DNA of 30,248 nucleotides from contig JBHLQM010000042.1 in the NCBI GenBank assembly GCA_048884785.1, positions 1-30,248 on the forward strand, written 5' to 3'. A model generated the notes under the pieces. The model was not told where the DNA came from, ran no database searches, and saw only the letters and a list, made by a program, of their open reading frames with translations. Below, piece by piece: positions 1 to 9,026 of the stretch; within the stretch, counting starts at the first letter, position 1, and the number at the start of each line of letters is the position of its first letter. Source of the DNA: Candidatus Thorarchaeota archaeon. Its GTDB lineage: Archaea > Asgardarchaeota > Thorarchaeia > Thorarchaeales > Thorarchaeaceae. Both the position numbers and the translations under genes were made by a program.

Positions 1-308
1 CCCACTCTTGTATAGCGGATACGTTCCCGCTCCAACCCGAATTCTGCGAGAACTGAGTTGCACATCTCTCTAATGAGTGGGCCTGACAGGAACTTGATGC
101 CGGATGCGGCAATCCTGTCCATGACTCTTGTGGCAACAAGATGGGCATCAGCTCGGGTGAGCTCGGCTTCGAGCACAAGACTATCAATAATCTTGTTTGC
201 CTCAAAGGGGACCATGGTTCCACTGGTAGTTCTAACCTTCGGTAGCTTCTTCTCTCTGGCACTGAGGTCGTCAGTCTCATCTGTGATTGAAGGTTTAATG
301 TCAGTCAA
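1..308 (-). CDS. nrdD: Anaerobic (class III) ribonucleoside-triphosphate reductase, N-terminal ATP-cone domain (partial, runs off the window edge)
   Basis: Not in the ORF track. Manual translation from TTG at 308 gives MTDIKP...LPKVRTTSGTMVPFEANKIIDSLVLEAELTRADAHLVATRVMDRIAASGIKFLSGPLIREMCNSVLAEFGLERERIRYTRVG, open to base 1. This matches the ATP cone plus 'PLIRE...RYTR(L/V)G' of archaeal NrdD. Starts 3 bp after a redoxin gene. Confidence 0.8.
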   Translation of the reverse strand, partial: MTDIKPSITDETDDLSAREKKLPKVRTTSGTMVPFEANKIIDSLVLEAELTRADAHLVATRVMDRIAASGIKFLSGPLIREMCNSVLAEFGLERERIRYTRV

Positions 309-311
309 AGC

Positions 312-596
312 CTAGTTCATCCCCAATTGCCTGCGTATCTCCTCAACGGAGGGAATCACTCCGCTGTATAGCATCTTGAGCCCGCCATTATTCTCTGCGA
401 CAATACTTGGCGTGGAGGCTATGAATACCTGATTCTCCAATAATCTAAACTCTAGGTCAGGGTCCATATGTTTAAGGTCAATCGTCTTCAGGGGAATTTG
501 GCTTCCCAAGAGTGCCTCTTCAACAACAGCCTTAGCTGCGGGACAATTCGCACAATTTTCCTGTGTTATAATATACACTGTAGTCGAGGTAATCAC
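312..596 (-). CDS. Glutaredoxin/thioredoxin-like redoxin (NrdH-like), likely RNR electron donor
   Basis: 94 aa with CANC-P active site and downstream STP cis-Pro motif; GGGAGG SD before the GTG start; directly upstream of nrdD. Confidence 0.8.
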   Translation of the reverse strand: MITSTTVYIITQENCANCPAAKAVVEEALLGSQIPLKTIDLKHMDPDLEFRLLENQVFIASTPSIVAENNGGLKMLYSGVIPSVEEIRRQLGMN

Positions 597-757
597 AATT
601 CCTCCCGGCGGCTAATCAACACAACACCCCACATCCCCTTGGGGCCAGATACCATTCCCATACCTGTAATAAAAGACTTGCCATGGCTAGAAACGGTGTC
701 TAGCTTGAGAATTTCAAGCTCTCTCGGGCACTCAGATTGAAGCATCGGGCTCATCAT
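593..757 (-). CDS. Possible 54-aa upstream ORF
   Basis: ATG at 757 open to TGA at 595-593, which overlaps the redoxin GTG start (GTGA). Peptide MMSPMLQSECPRELEILKLDTVSSHGKSFITGMGMVSGPKGMWGVVLISRREEL has no recognisable motif. Confidence 0.25.
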   Translation of the reverse strand: MMSPMLQSECPRELEILKLDTVSSHGKSFITGMGMVSGPKGMWGVVLISRREEL

Positions 758-1055
758 TTAGTACATTACGCGACTTATTATACTACTACAAATTCCAGTC
801 GGAATCGGACCAATTTGCCACTGTTTTTTTTCAAATAAACAATGTGAAGATGTTTTTTTTCTAGTAAGAGATACCAACAAATGAAACAGGGGGTGCCGCT
901 GGCAATTGGCGCGATTCCTTGTCAATAAAACGACAGACCTCTCGAAAACCAATAAGGTGCACTTTAAAGTCGATGGCCTGTCAGTAGACTTAGAAGCGAG
1001 TATATGTTGCTTAGACTTCATATTGTAATCATCATAGATTTGAGATGTACCCACA

Positions 1056-1679
1056 ATGCCGACATACATTCGAGCGCAGGATCCAGTTGATGGATGGACA
1101 CGTGTTGTGCGAAAGATCATGCAGAGCGGCATGAGTAGAGTTGATGAGAGAGGGATAGAAACTCGGTGGTGCGATAATGTGATGATCAATGTTGCTCAGC
1201 CCCTCGAGAACAGAGTCACTTCGCTCTATCCATTTAGCGAGAAGGTGCTCAAAGAAAAATACGCCACACAACTTCTCAATCCAGACCGGATGGATTTTGA
1301 TTATACATATGGGGAACGGCTCAATGCATGGGGTGATGGCGAGATCAATCAGATCAATTATGTCATACAGAAACTTCAGGAGAACCCAAAGAGCCGAAGA
1401 ATAGTTGCCACCACATGGGATCCGAGAAAAGATACTGTATCAGACGAGGTTCCATGTCTCAATCACTTTGTTTTCATGACGAGAGAGAATAGCCTTGACT
1501 TGTCTGTGATGATACGATCAAATGATATGTTCGGGGCATGGCTTGCTAATGTCTACGCTCTTGGTGAGCTTTTGCTTCATGTAGCAGAGAAGACCAAATT
1601 ACAGGTTGGAACTATCACGACACTGTCAGTAAATGCGCACATCTACATCCATGATTGGGAAAAAGCATCATCTATCTAG
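1056..1679 (+). CDS. thyA: Thymidylate synthase, short archaeal type
   Basis: 207 aa; FDYTYGERL, SRR, catalytic PC(LNH), RSNDMFGAW.AN and AHIY motifs. Confidence 0.9.
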   Translation: MPTYIRAQDPVDGWTRVVRKIMQSGMSRVDERGIETRWCDNVMINVAQPLENRVTSLYPFSEKVLKEKYATQLLNPDRMDFDYTYGERLNAWGDGEINQINYVIQKLQENPKSRRIVATTWDPRKDTVSDEVPCLNHFVFMTRENSLDLSVMIRSNDMFGAWLANVYALGELLLHVAEKTKLQVGTITTLSVNAHIYIHDWEKASSI

Positions 1680-1729
1680 TAAGAAAAAGCGTGACATTCA
1701 TATAGTACTTTAACTAGAATTACATACAT

Positions 1730-1781
1730 CAGTTACTCGGTGTAACCCTGAGAGTACAGCAGTTACTGGCTGTAACCCTGA
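1730..1781. promoter_or_regulatory. Tandem 15-bp palindromic operators GTTAC-N5-GTAAC at a 30-bp period
   Basis: cagttactcggtgtaaccctga (1730-1751) and cagttactggctgtaaccctga (1760-1781), immediately upstream of an Lrp/AsnC gene. Confidence 0.75.
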
Positions 1782-1808
1782 TTATTCCGAACCGGGAGTG
1801 ATTATGAA

Positions 1809-2438
1809 TTGGATAATACCGATAAAATGTTGGTTTCAATTCTCAAACAAGATGGAAGAACTAGCTTGTCAGACCTAGGCAAGAAACTTGGCATGTCACA
1901 TGTAGCAGTTAGTAAGAGACTGGAAAAACTTGTGACTCCAGGAGAAGATGGCAGTCCACCAATGGTCCAAGTCAGCGCAGGCGTTCATGCAGATGAAATG
2001 GAAATGAAGATGCTGTTTATGGGTCTAGAAACTGAAAACTTGGAAGTCACTGACAAAATTATGAAGAAATATGGTGGCTGTCCCAGACTGGTTATGTTGG
2101 CTCCAGTCACAGGAAGATACAATCTATTTGCAGTCATGGTGGCAGAGGATACATTCTCACTTGAATCAATTCTTGGAACATGCTCAATAAGAACAGAAAC
2201 AGGAGTTCGAAGATCCGAAACATGGTTTGGTAATTCACCTGCGCATCCAAGCTATATACCTCTTGATCTGAATCCTGAAAATGGAGCAGGAAAAGCAGTC
2301 TGCGGAAGAGACTGTGCTTCATGCAAGAGGTTTGCAATAGAGAAGTGTGTTGGATGTCCATCTTCAAACAACTATAGAGGTACAGTGTTTGCCTCTTCTC
2401 TGACAGAAGCCAAACGTAGGGGCAAGAGTAACAGTTAA
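1809..2438 (+). CDS. Lrp/AsnC-family transcriptional regulator with C-terminal Cys-rich metal-binding domain
   Basis: N-terminal HTH (D..L...L..DGR.SL.DLGKKLGMSHVAV.KRL), RAM-domain VTGRYNL, and C-terminal CGRDCASC-x7-CVGC. GGGAGTGA SD before TTG. Confidence 0.88.
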   Translation: MDNTDKMLVSILKQDGRTSLSDLGKKLGMSHVAVSKRLEKLVTPGEDGSPPMVQVSAGVHADEMEMKMLFMGLETENLEVTDKIMKKYGGCPRLVMLAPVTGRYNLFAVMVAEDTFSLESILGTCSIRTETGVRRSETWFGNSPAHPSYIPLDLNPENGAGKAVCGRDCASCKRFAIEKCVGCPSSNNYRGTVFASSLTEAKRRGKSNS

Positions 2439-2472
2439 CTCTCGATTGCACGTTGCTTGTTCTGTGGAAGAA

Positions 2473-3063
2473 ATGAGCGACGTATTCATTCATGAGAAAG
2501 CTGTAGTAGACGAAGGTGCCAAGATAGGAAGAGGAACTCGCGTATGGCATTTCGCACATGTTAGAGGAACAGCCAAGATAGGTGAAAACTGCATCATTGG
2601 CAAGGGGGTCTACATTGATGCAGATGTTGAGATAGGCAACAGAGTGAAGATTCAGAATGGCGTATCAGTCTATCATGGGGTAAAGATTGAGGATGAAGTC
2701 TTTTGTGGTCCCCATATGACGTTCACAAATGATATGTATCCTAGGGCATTCGGTGAGTCATGGGAGGTCTCAAAGACCCTAGTCAAGAGAGGAGCATCTA
2801 TCGGTGCACATGCCGTGATTATTTGTGACACCACACTTGGGGAGTATTGTATGGTTGGAAGTGGTGCGATCGTTACAAAAGATGTTCCATCTCATGGACT
2901 GGTAGTAGGGAACCCAGCTAGGCTAATTGGGTTCGTCTGCACATGCGGAAAACCCGCAAAGAAGGTTATATCAAGGAATAAAGATTTCGTCGTCCTACGT
3001 TGTGAATCATGCGAAGAACAAGTAATGATTCCAACTGAGATTTATCAGCAAAAGGTTGGGTAG
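2473..3063 (+). CDS. Hexapeptide-repeat (left-handed beta-helix) N-acetyltransferase, WbpD/WlbB-like, with C-terminal Zn ribbon
   Basis: IHEKAVVDEGAKIG..TRVWHFAHV, VKIQNGVSVY, FTND.YPR, VVGNPAR.IG.VC.CG and later CESC. ATG at 2473 preferred over the track's 2446 start. Confidence 0.88.
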   Translation: MSDVFIHEKAVVDEGAKIGRGTRVWHFAHVRGTAKIGENCIIGKGVYIDADVEIGNRVKIQNGVSVYHGVKIEDEVFCGPHMTFTNDMYPRAFGESWEVSKTLVKRGASIGAHAVIICDTTLGEYCMVGSGAIVTKDVPSHGLVVGNPARLIGFVCTCGKPAKKVISRNKDFVVLRCESCEEQVMIPTEIYQQKVG

Positions 3064-5170
3064 CAGAAGAGTGTCTCATCTATACAAGAAATTCGTCAAT
3101 GAACGCGTATTGAATTTAATCTCAAATACTGAAAGAATCCGCAACTGTACTGTTATCGCTCATATTGACCATGGCAAGACAACTCTAACTGATTCCCTTA
3201 TTGCAGCTTCTGGACTTCTTTCAGCTGACGTTGCAGCTAAGGCTAGATTGCTAGATTATGATCAGATAGAGCAGCAGCGAGGCATCACGATAAAGGCTTC
3301 AGGAATTTCCCTGATTCATAAATATCAGAACCAAGAATTTCTAATTCACTTGATAGACACCCCGGGGCACATTGACTTTTCTAGTCATGTGACTCGAGGA
3401 CTCAGATTGACCGATGGCGCAGTCATTTTGGTGGACGTCATAGAGGGAATAATGGTTCAGACAGAAACTGTCACTCGACAAGCTATGCAGGAATTAGTTC
3501 AGCCGGTCCTCTTTCTGAATAAGGTAGACCGCCTGATAACAGAGAAGAGAATGGATGCAAAGAGGGTTGCTGAGGAAATATCAAAGGTTGTTCGGGAATT
3601 CAATGCGATGCTTGGCAAATATCTGGATGATGAGCGCCTGGAGAAGTGGGAGGTCTCTTTTAAGCGAGGTTCTCTATGTGTGGGTTCTGCGCTTGATAAA
3701 TGGGCAATAGGAATTGAGGTCATTCAGGAAAAGGCCGGAGATAAAACAAAATCCACAAACCTATCAATAGCATTTCAGAAGCTTATCGAGGAAATCGTAG
3801 AGGCCTATAGACATGAGGGAGAAAAGGAGCTCGCAGTAAAATACCCTATAGCTATTAGCATCCTAAATTCAATGGTTAGGACACTTCCAAATCCCAAAGT
3901 TGCACAGAAATATCGAATACCGATATTCTGGGATGGAGATTTGGATTCCGAAGCCGGGAAGGGTCTGGTTTCCTGTGATGAGAAAGGACCAACTGTGCTG
4001 CTCATTGGAGATGTTCAGACTGACCGACATGCAGGACTGGTTGCCGCCGGGCGTGTCTTCTCGGGGACGCTAAGACGAGCTAAATCACTCAGAAACTTGA
4101 GAACACTTGCTGAAGGCAAGAGTTTGCAAATTGGTCTATTTATGTCCAAGACCAGAGTCCCTCACGATGAAATCCCCGCGGGAAATCTGGTTTTTCTATC
4201 AGGAATCCGTGACATCACAACAGGTGACACACTTGTTGATTCTGATGCAAAAGATATAGCTCCAATGAAGATGCTTCAATATCCAACTGAGCCTGTGGTA
4301 ACGTACACCATCGAACCCAAGAAACTTTCGGAGTTGGATGCTGTACAAGCGGCTATCTTGGAATACGTTAATACAGATCCTGCCTTAGAGTTTGAGATAA
4401 ATCCAGAAACTGGAGAAATGTTGCTCTCAGGAGCGGGAGAACTCCATGTGGAGATTACTATTGAGAAGTTAGCCAGAACTGGAGTTAATGTGATTCTAGG
4501 AACTCCCATGGTTCTTTTGAAGGAGCAAATTACTCATGATGGCGAAATCTTTGCCAATGAAGATTCTTCAAGAAGCCAATTCACGGTTCAGGCTAGAACT
4601 CTGTCAAATGATAGCGAACCCAGCAGTTTAGGTACAATTATCGATTCAAATATTCAGTCCAATTGCTATCTTGTTGACGCAGGTGGCAAGATCAATACAG
4701 TGAGTGAAGAAATGCAGTGGATATTGGAGGCTTTTAGAACGGTCACAAGAAGTGGTCCTCTCCAAGGCGAGAAGCTGCGTAATCTTGTGATTGTAATAGA
4801 GAAAGCCAAGATTGAATGTGAATCCATGGAGACCTCGTGGCGGGATATTACACAGCCGCTTGTTTCCGTGATGCGTGATAGTATTCTCTCCGGAGAGCCG
4901 GTCTTGCTGGAACCATGGATTAGACTTGAAATCATGTCACCCGAGGACCATGTCGGAATCATATCATCCATTTTAGCCCGAAGAAGAGGAGATATCTCAG
5001 AAATTGACAGCGAGAGAGCATTATACAAGATAATCGCAGAAATCCCAGTAAGGGAGTCATTTGGCTTGGCAAATGAAATCAGAACAGAAACATCAGGATG
5101 GGCAACTTGGGGAGCGAAAGCCGGAGAATACCGTGAGATAAGACCTGATGAGGAAGAAGAAGTATATTAG
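3056..5170 (+). CDS. Translation elongation factor 2 paralogue (aEF-2p-like translational GTPase)
   Basis: G1 AHIDHGKTT, G2 RGITI, G3 DTPGH, G4 NKVD; GRVFSGTL (domain II), GAGELHVEI (III), LLEPW and IPVRESFG (V). The domain IV diphthamide H-R-G loop is absent. Confidence 0.88.
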   Translation: MGSRRVSHLYKKFVNERVLNLISNTERIRNCTVIAHIDHGKTTLTDSLIAASGLLSADVAAKARLLDYDQIEQQRGITIKASGISLIHKYQNQEFLIHLIDTPGHIDFSSHVTRGLRLTDGAVILVDVIEGIMVQTETVTRQAMQELVQPVLFLNKVDRLITEKRMDAKRVAEEISKVVREFNAMLGKYLDDERLEKWEVSFKRGSLCVGSALDKWAIGIEVIQEKAGDKTKSTNLSIAFQKLIEEIVEAYRHEGEKELAVKYPIAISILNSMVRTLPNPKVAQKYRIPIFWDGDLDSEAGKGLVSCDEKGPTVLLIGDVQTDRHAGLVAAGRVFSGTLRRAKSLRNLRTLAEGKSLQIGLFMSKTRVPHDEIPAGNLVFLSGIRDITTGDTLVDSDAKDIAPMKMLQYPTEPVVTYTIEPKKLSELDAVQAAILEYVNTDPALEFEINPETGEMLLSGAGELHVEITIEKLARTGVNVILGTPMVLLKEQITHDGEIFANEDSSRSQFTVQARTLSNDSEPSSLGTIIDSNIQSNCYLVDAGGKINTVSEEMQWILEAFRTVTRSGPLQGEKLRNLVIVIEKAKIECESMETSWRDITQPLVSVMRDSILSGEPVLLEPWIRLEIMSPEDHVGIISSILARRRGDISEIDSERALYKIIAEIPVRESFGLANEIRTETSGWATWGAKAGEYREIRPDEEEEVY

Positions 5171-5174
5171 ATAT

Positions 5175-7517
5175 TCACTTACGAAGGTAGTAGCGCCTAT
5201 TCATCTCATCGCCGAGTTTTGTAAATACCCTTCTATCGATTAGGGCGATACTATCCATCATCTTCAGCGCTCTAGCTATATTGGAAAACACTGCATTCAG
5301 ATAGGGCTGAGCCTGAATTAGCTCAGAGTCTTCTACCATTCGGAGGTAGGAATCTGTAATTTTCATCAATCCTAGCCAATCCTCAGCGAGCAAGAAATCA
5401 TATTGATCATTATCCAGAAGGGGTACCTTTTGCCTGTAATCAGACCTATCGATGTAAGCGGCATACTGATTTTCAAGTGATAGTGCAAATGTCATTAGTG
5501 CCTCTGATAGCGAGCTAGACGTTGCTCTAATGAATTCAGCGGATTCTTGGAAGTCGGTTTCTATATTTTCGACCAATGACATCTCAATAGATGCATTATA
5601 TAGTCCTGATGCCAATTCAGAATAGTCCTTGTTATTATAGTACGCCTTTATTGTCTTGGCTAGCTGAAGCTGACCTATCCAGTATTGTGACAGGAGTGGG
5701 TCGTCAATTCGAAGCTGATCATCTACAAATTCACTGATTTCAGATATTGTATCAATGCTCACGGCTTCGAGATTCTTTCTTGATGTTGCTAGTCCCTGTA
5801 CAAGTTTAGCGGCTGTTTCAATTTCAGTCCCCTCACGTAATAGATTGCTGGCTCTTCTTTGGAGTTGATTCCAAGAGCTGTTGAGATAGGGAACTAAAAG
5901 AGATACTCCCTGAATGAATACTGAATCACCGTGTGATCTTACATCAGATAACATTCGAACAATATCCTCCAAAAGTCGAATCAATCTTGGAGGTATGTCC
6001 ATATTATGTCGTATGGAGAGCCAGACCAAATTATAGGCTGCTATGGCTATTTCATTGAAGGCACGCGTATCTGTCGGAAATGAAGGCACATAATGAACTA
6101 ATATCTCCTGAATCTCATCAAAAGCGCTTTCACGTTGCTGCCCAGGTTTTCTTAGTTGCAACAACGCTTTGCCTATCTGACTTGCAAGAAGCTCAAGGTC
6201 GCTAGCTTGTCCCATTTTGCATAGTTTCTCACGTCTTTCTACAGCTTCCTCAAATGCCTTCCTTCCAATAGGCCAAAACTCATCAGATTCAGAAGATAGG
6301 CATATCCATCCAATTGCATTATCCAGTCTTGCTAAGTCTCCTTCAGTATCAACACACGAGGGGTCGATTTGTAGCAGTAAAACACGTGCCTTATCGAGAT
6401 AATCTAGGCTTGCAGAGATATTCTGATGATCCCTCATGAGACCATGGGCAAAACCCAATCCAGTTAGGCACTTATAGTGTAAAATAAGTTGAGTTGAATC
6501 CGGTTGTTCGATTTCCTCCACTATCTCTAATGCTTCTTCAAGTCGCTCTATCCCTTGTGGAACGGCCTCACGCCAGCCATTTGTAAGAATATTTGTCCCG
6601 ATAACAAGATGGGCAAGTCCAAGTCCATCTTTAGGTGATCCTTCTGAGTCAAGCAGATTGCGGAACCATTTTGCGGCTTCATCAGCCACCTCACGAGCAG
6701 TTTCGTGTGGTACTTCATCATCTCGTGTTTCGTTTATAGCCAATTGAAGTGCGATGGCTGCCCCTTTAACATCATCACCGCCGGTTTCTGCTTCTTGCTT
6801 GAGGGAAATCAGAATCTCTCTGGCCTCAGGATATAGTCCGATTTCAGTTAGAATCGATGCTTCATCCAGAGACACCTCAAAGGCAAGGTCGTGTAAACCT
6901 GATGATTTAGCGATTGTCATAAGACGGTTCAGAATTGCCTCTGAGCAATCGAATGCTCCTGCTTCTGACAAAATAGATGTCAGATAATGAGCTTCAAAGA
7001 CTGCTAGTCTTATTGATGCTCTATGGCCACGAGTATATATCTCCTCCAATGTTGCGAGTATTTCATCAGTGAGAAATGGAAGTAAGGGTCTCAAGTTCAA
7101 ATCAATTGCAGATTCCATTTCTTGAATAAGCTCACTAAGGAGATCCAATAGTCTTGGGAGAGCTTCAATATCTGGGATGAGATCACACTCTGCTCTTGCA
7201 TTGGCGCTGTTATATCTTGAATCCAAGAGCATCAGTAGCTCACGTAGCACGTGATCCTCTGAGAAAGCAAGACGCACAGTTAGCTCCGTTAGCTTTGCGC
7301 TCGCTAGGCCAGGACGTCGAAGAATTATCTCTTCAATTGCGCGAGCAACATCATAGTACAACTGAGGATTCTCTGTATTTCCAATGGAGAGATTTTGAAT
7401 TGTAGAGAGACCATCATCCAGCGACATGGATGCACAGAGGATCTCTCTTAATGCTGCTTTTAGCGACGATTCCAAAATTACTCTCCTCGACGGATAAACT
7501 GACTCTAGAAAACCCAA
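5175..7517 (-). CDS. Large alpha-helical TPR-like solenoid protein, function unknown
   Basis: 780-aa Leu/Ala/Glu-rich ORF with TPR-like segments (GLYPEAREIL, LGLAHLVIG, LTGLGFAHG, LDNAIGWI); begins 28 bp after the second KaiC-like gene. Confidence 0.6.
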   Translation of the reverse strand: MGFLESVYPSRRVILESSLKAALREILCASMSLDDGLSTIQNLSIGNTENPQLYYDVARAIEEIILRRPGLASAKLTELTVRLAFSEDHVLRELLMLLDSRYNSANARAECDLIPDIEALPRLLDLLSELIQEMESAIDLNLRPLLPFLTDEILATLEEIYTRGHRASIRLAVFEAHYLTSILSEAGAFDCSEAILNRLMTIAKSSGLHDLAFEVSLDEASILTEIGLYPEAREILISLKQEAETGGDDVKGAAIALQLAINETRDDEVPHETAREVADEAAKWFRNLLDSEGSPKDGLGLAHLVIGTNILTNGWREAVPQGIERLEEALEIVEEIEQPDSTQLILHYKCLTGLGFAHGLMRDHQNISASLDYLDKARVLLLQIDPSCVDTEGDLARLDNAIGWICLSSESDEFWPIGRKAFEEAVERREKLCKMGQASDLELLASQIGKALLQLRKPGQQRESAFDEIQEILVHYVPSFPTDTRAFNEIAIAAYNLVWLSIRHNMDIPPRLIRLLEDIVRMLSDVRSHGDSVFIQGVSLLVPYLNSSWNQLQRRASNLLREGTEIETAAKLVQGLATSRKNLEAVSIDTISEISEFVDDQLRIDDPLLSQYWIGQLQLAKTIKAYYNNKDYSELASGLYNASIEMSLVENIETDFQESAEFIRATSSSLSEALMTFALSLENQYAAYIDRSDYRQKVPLLDNDQYDFLLAEDWLGLMKITDSYLRMVEDSELIQAQPYLNAVFSNIARALKMMDSIALIDRRVFTKLGDEMNRRYYLRK

Positions 7518-7545
7518 TTTAAGCTTTCACTGAAACCAAAGCAGC

Positions 7546-8241
7546 TCACAAAATAGTGAATGTGTGCCAATCCCTTGAGGCGTCACTACCTCTCATTCGT
7601 TCCATCCGGATATTATGGACCTGACTAGGACCTGCATCCTGAATTTTGAAACGCAATACAGCATCGGCGATGTACGAAAAGGTCGCGTAGGTCTTCTCGT
7701 CATGCACACCGTCTTCCAGTATGAACATAATGCTGTGAGAGCCCTCTTTTATTCTCCCACTCAGACGTTGAACTGCGCGAGGCATAGTATCTGGATTAGA
7801 ATGGAGAATTAGAGTTGATAGGCTGTCGATCACGATTCGTGCGACAACCAGTTTTTCAAGTGCATCTGTGAGAACAATTCCAAGTTCTGTGATATCTTCA
7901 ACTTTTGACAATGAATATGCGCTGCCTGATTTCGGAGCTCCCATTCTCTCAGAGTATCCATCGATGAAGACAAACTGACCTTTCTTCTCGTATTCCTCAA
8001 CATTCCATCCATAGCGACTCATATCATTTCTGATTACTCGAGGGGATACATCAGTTGTAACAAACACTGCTGGAAATCCAAGAGAAAGCCCCTCAGCAAG
8101 AAAAGCCTCGGCATAAGTTGTCTTCCCAGAACCAAGTGGACCAAGAAGCATGTATGATAGTTGAGTGAGTTGACCAAATTGAACCAAATCGCCAATCATA
8201 GGTGTAACCTTTGCCGGGCGTTTGTCTTCATTTGTGTTCAT
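7546..8241 (-). CDS. Single-domain KaiC/RAD55-like RecA-superfamily ATPase (divergent)
   Basis: Walker A GPLGSGKT, Walker B RIVIDSLS, C-terminal (E)RMRG; FVTTDV in place of the usual (L/F)EE. Confidence 0.85.
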   Translation of the reverse strand: MNTNEDKRPAKVTPMIGDLVQFGQLTQLSYMLLGPLGSGKTTYAEAFLAEGLSLGFPAVFVTTDVSPRVIRNDMSRYGWNVEEYEKKGQFVFIDGYSERMGAPKSGSAYSLSKVEDITELGIVLTDALEKLVVARIVIDSLSTLILHSNPDTMPRAVQRLSGRIKEGSHSIMFILEDGVHDEKTYATFSYIADAVLRFKIQDAGPSQVHNIRMERMRGSDASRDWHTFTIL

Positions 8242-8276
8242 CTTTTTTCATCACCCAACTTTGATGCTTTTTTCAT

Positions 8277-9023
8277 CTAATGCCCTGGACTAATCTCGCC
8301 TGGCCAGACTCTGATTCCTTCATCTGTAATTCTCATTGAATGAATTCTTGAACTGTGTTTTGAACCTCTTAGCTTGAGTATCTCAATCGAACGTGTTCTA
8401 GATGTATCGCTTATTTTGTCGTTATACAAGACTACTACACCTGATGCAAGGAACGCCTCGATGTCAAATACTCCTAAGCCGCCCTCCTGAGCAGGTATTT
8501 CACTGGTCAACAGTAATGTTGCACCCGTACTTGTAAGACTTGCGGCGAGCTTGAAAAACTCTTCTCGTAATATATCACGGCTTCGGAATTTATATGCCAT
8601 GATGGATAGCGTGTCTATGACGACTCGTTTTGCATTGACTTTTTTCATATGAGAAAGAATAATCGCTTCGAGCCCCGATAGATCGAAACTAGGGTATTCT
8701 CCAATCTTGACTCTCGCGATTTCTCGAGATGGCGAAAGATCTGCTATCGAGAGCATTTTCTTTTTCTCTATTGCTTCTAGGTCCATACCAAATCTCAGCA
8801 TATTTCGCTTGATGGCCATTGGAGATTCTTCCAGTGTTACTAAAACGCCAGGTTCGTTGTACATGACAGCGCCATTGTACAGGAATTGGTTTGCCAGAAT
8901 AGTCTTCCCTGTTCCGGCCTTTCCTGCAACAAGGATAGTATCCCCTCTCGGAAATCCACCCTCAATCAATTCATCTAGACCAGGTATCCCAGTCTTTACT
9001 CTTTCAATCTCGTAATCACTCAT
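8277..9023 (-). CDS. Single-domain KaiC-like ATPase resembling the KaiC CI domain
   Basis: TGIPGLDELIEGGFP, GKAGTGKT, VTLEES, FDLS, RVVIDTL, EILKLRGSKH, ITDEGI.V.P. Confidence 0.9.
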   Translation of the reverse strand: MSDYEIERVKTGIPGLDELIEGGFPRGDTILVAGKAGTGKTILANQFLYNGAVMYNEPGVLVTLEESPMAIKRNMLRFGMDLEAIEKKKMLSIADLSPSREIARVKIGEYPSFDLSGLEAIILSHMKKVNAKRVVIDTLSIMAYKFRSRDILREEFFKLAASLTSTGATLLLTSEIPAQEGGLGVFDIEAFLASGVVVLYNDKISDTSRTRSIEILKLRGSKHSSRIHSMRITDEGIRVWPGEISPGH

Positions 9024-9026
9024 AAG

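Noticed and set aside
995-1012. Weak NrdR-box-like sequence between nrd and thyA
   Set aside because: Poor match, single copy, and no evidence for NrdR in the window.
1730-1781. Direct repeat as a mini-CRISPR array
   Set aside because: Only two units separated by 8 bp and no cas genes; operator geometry fits better.
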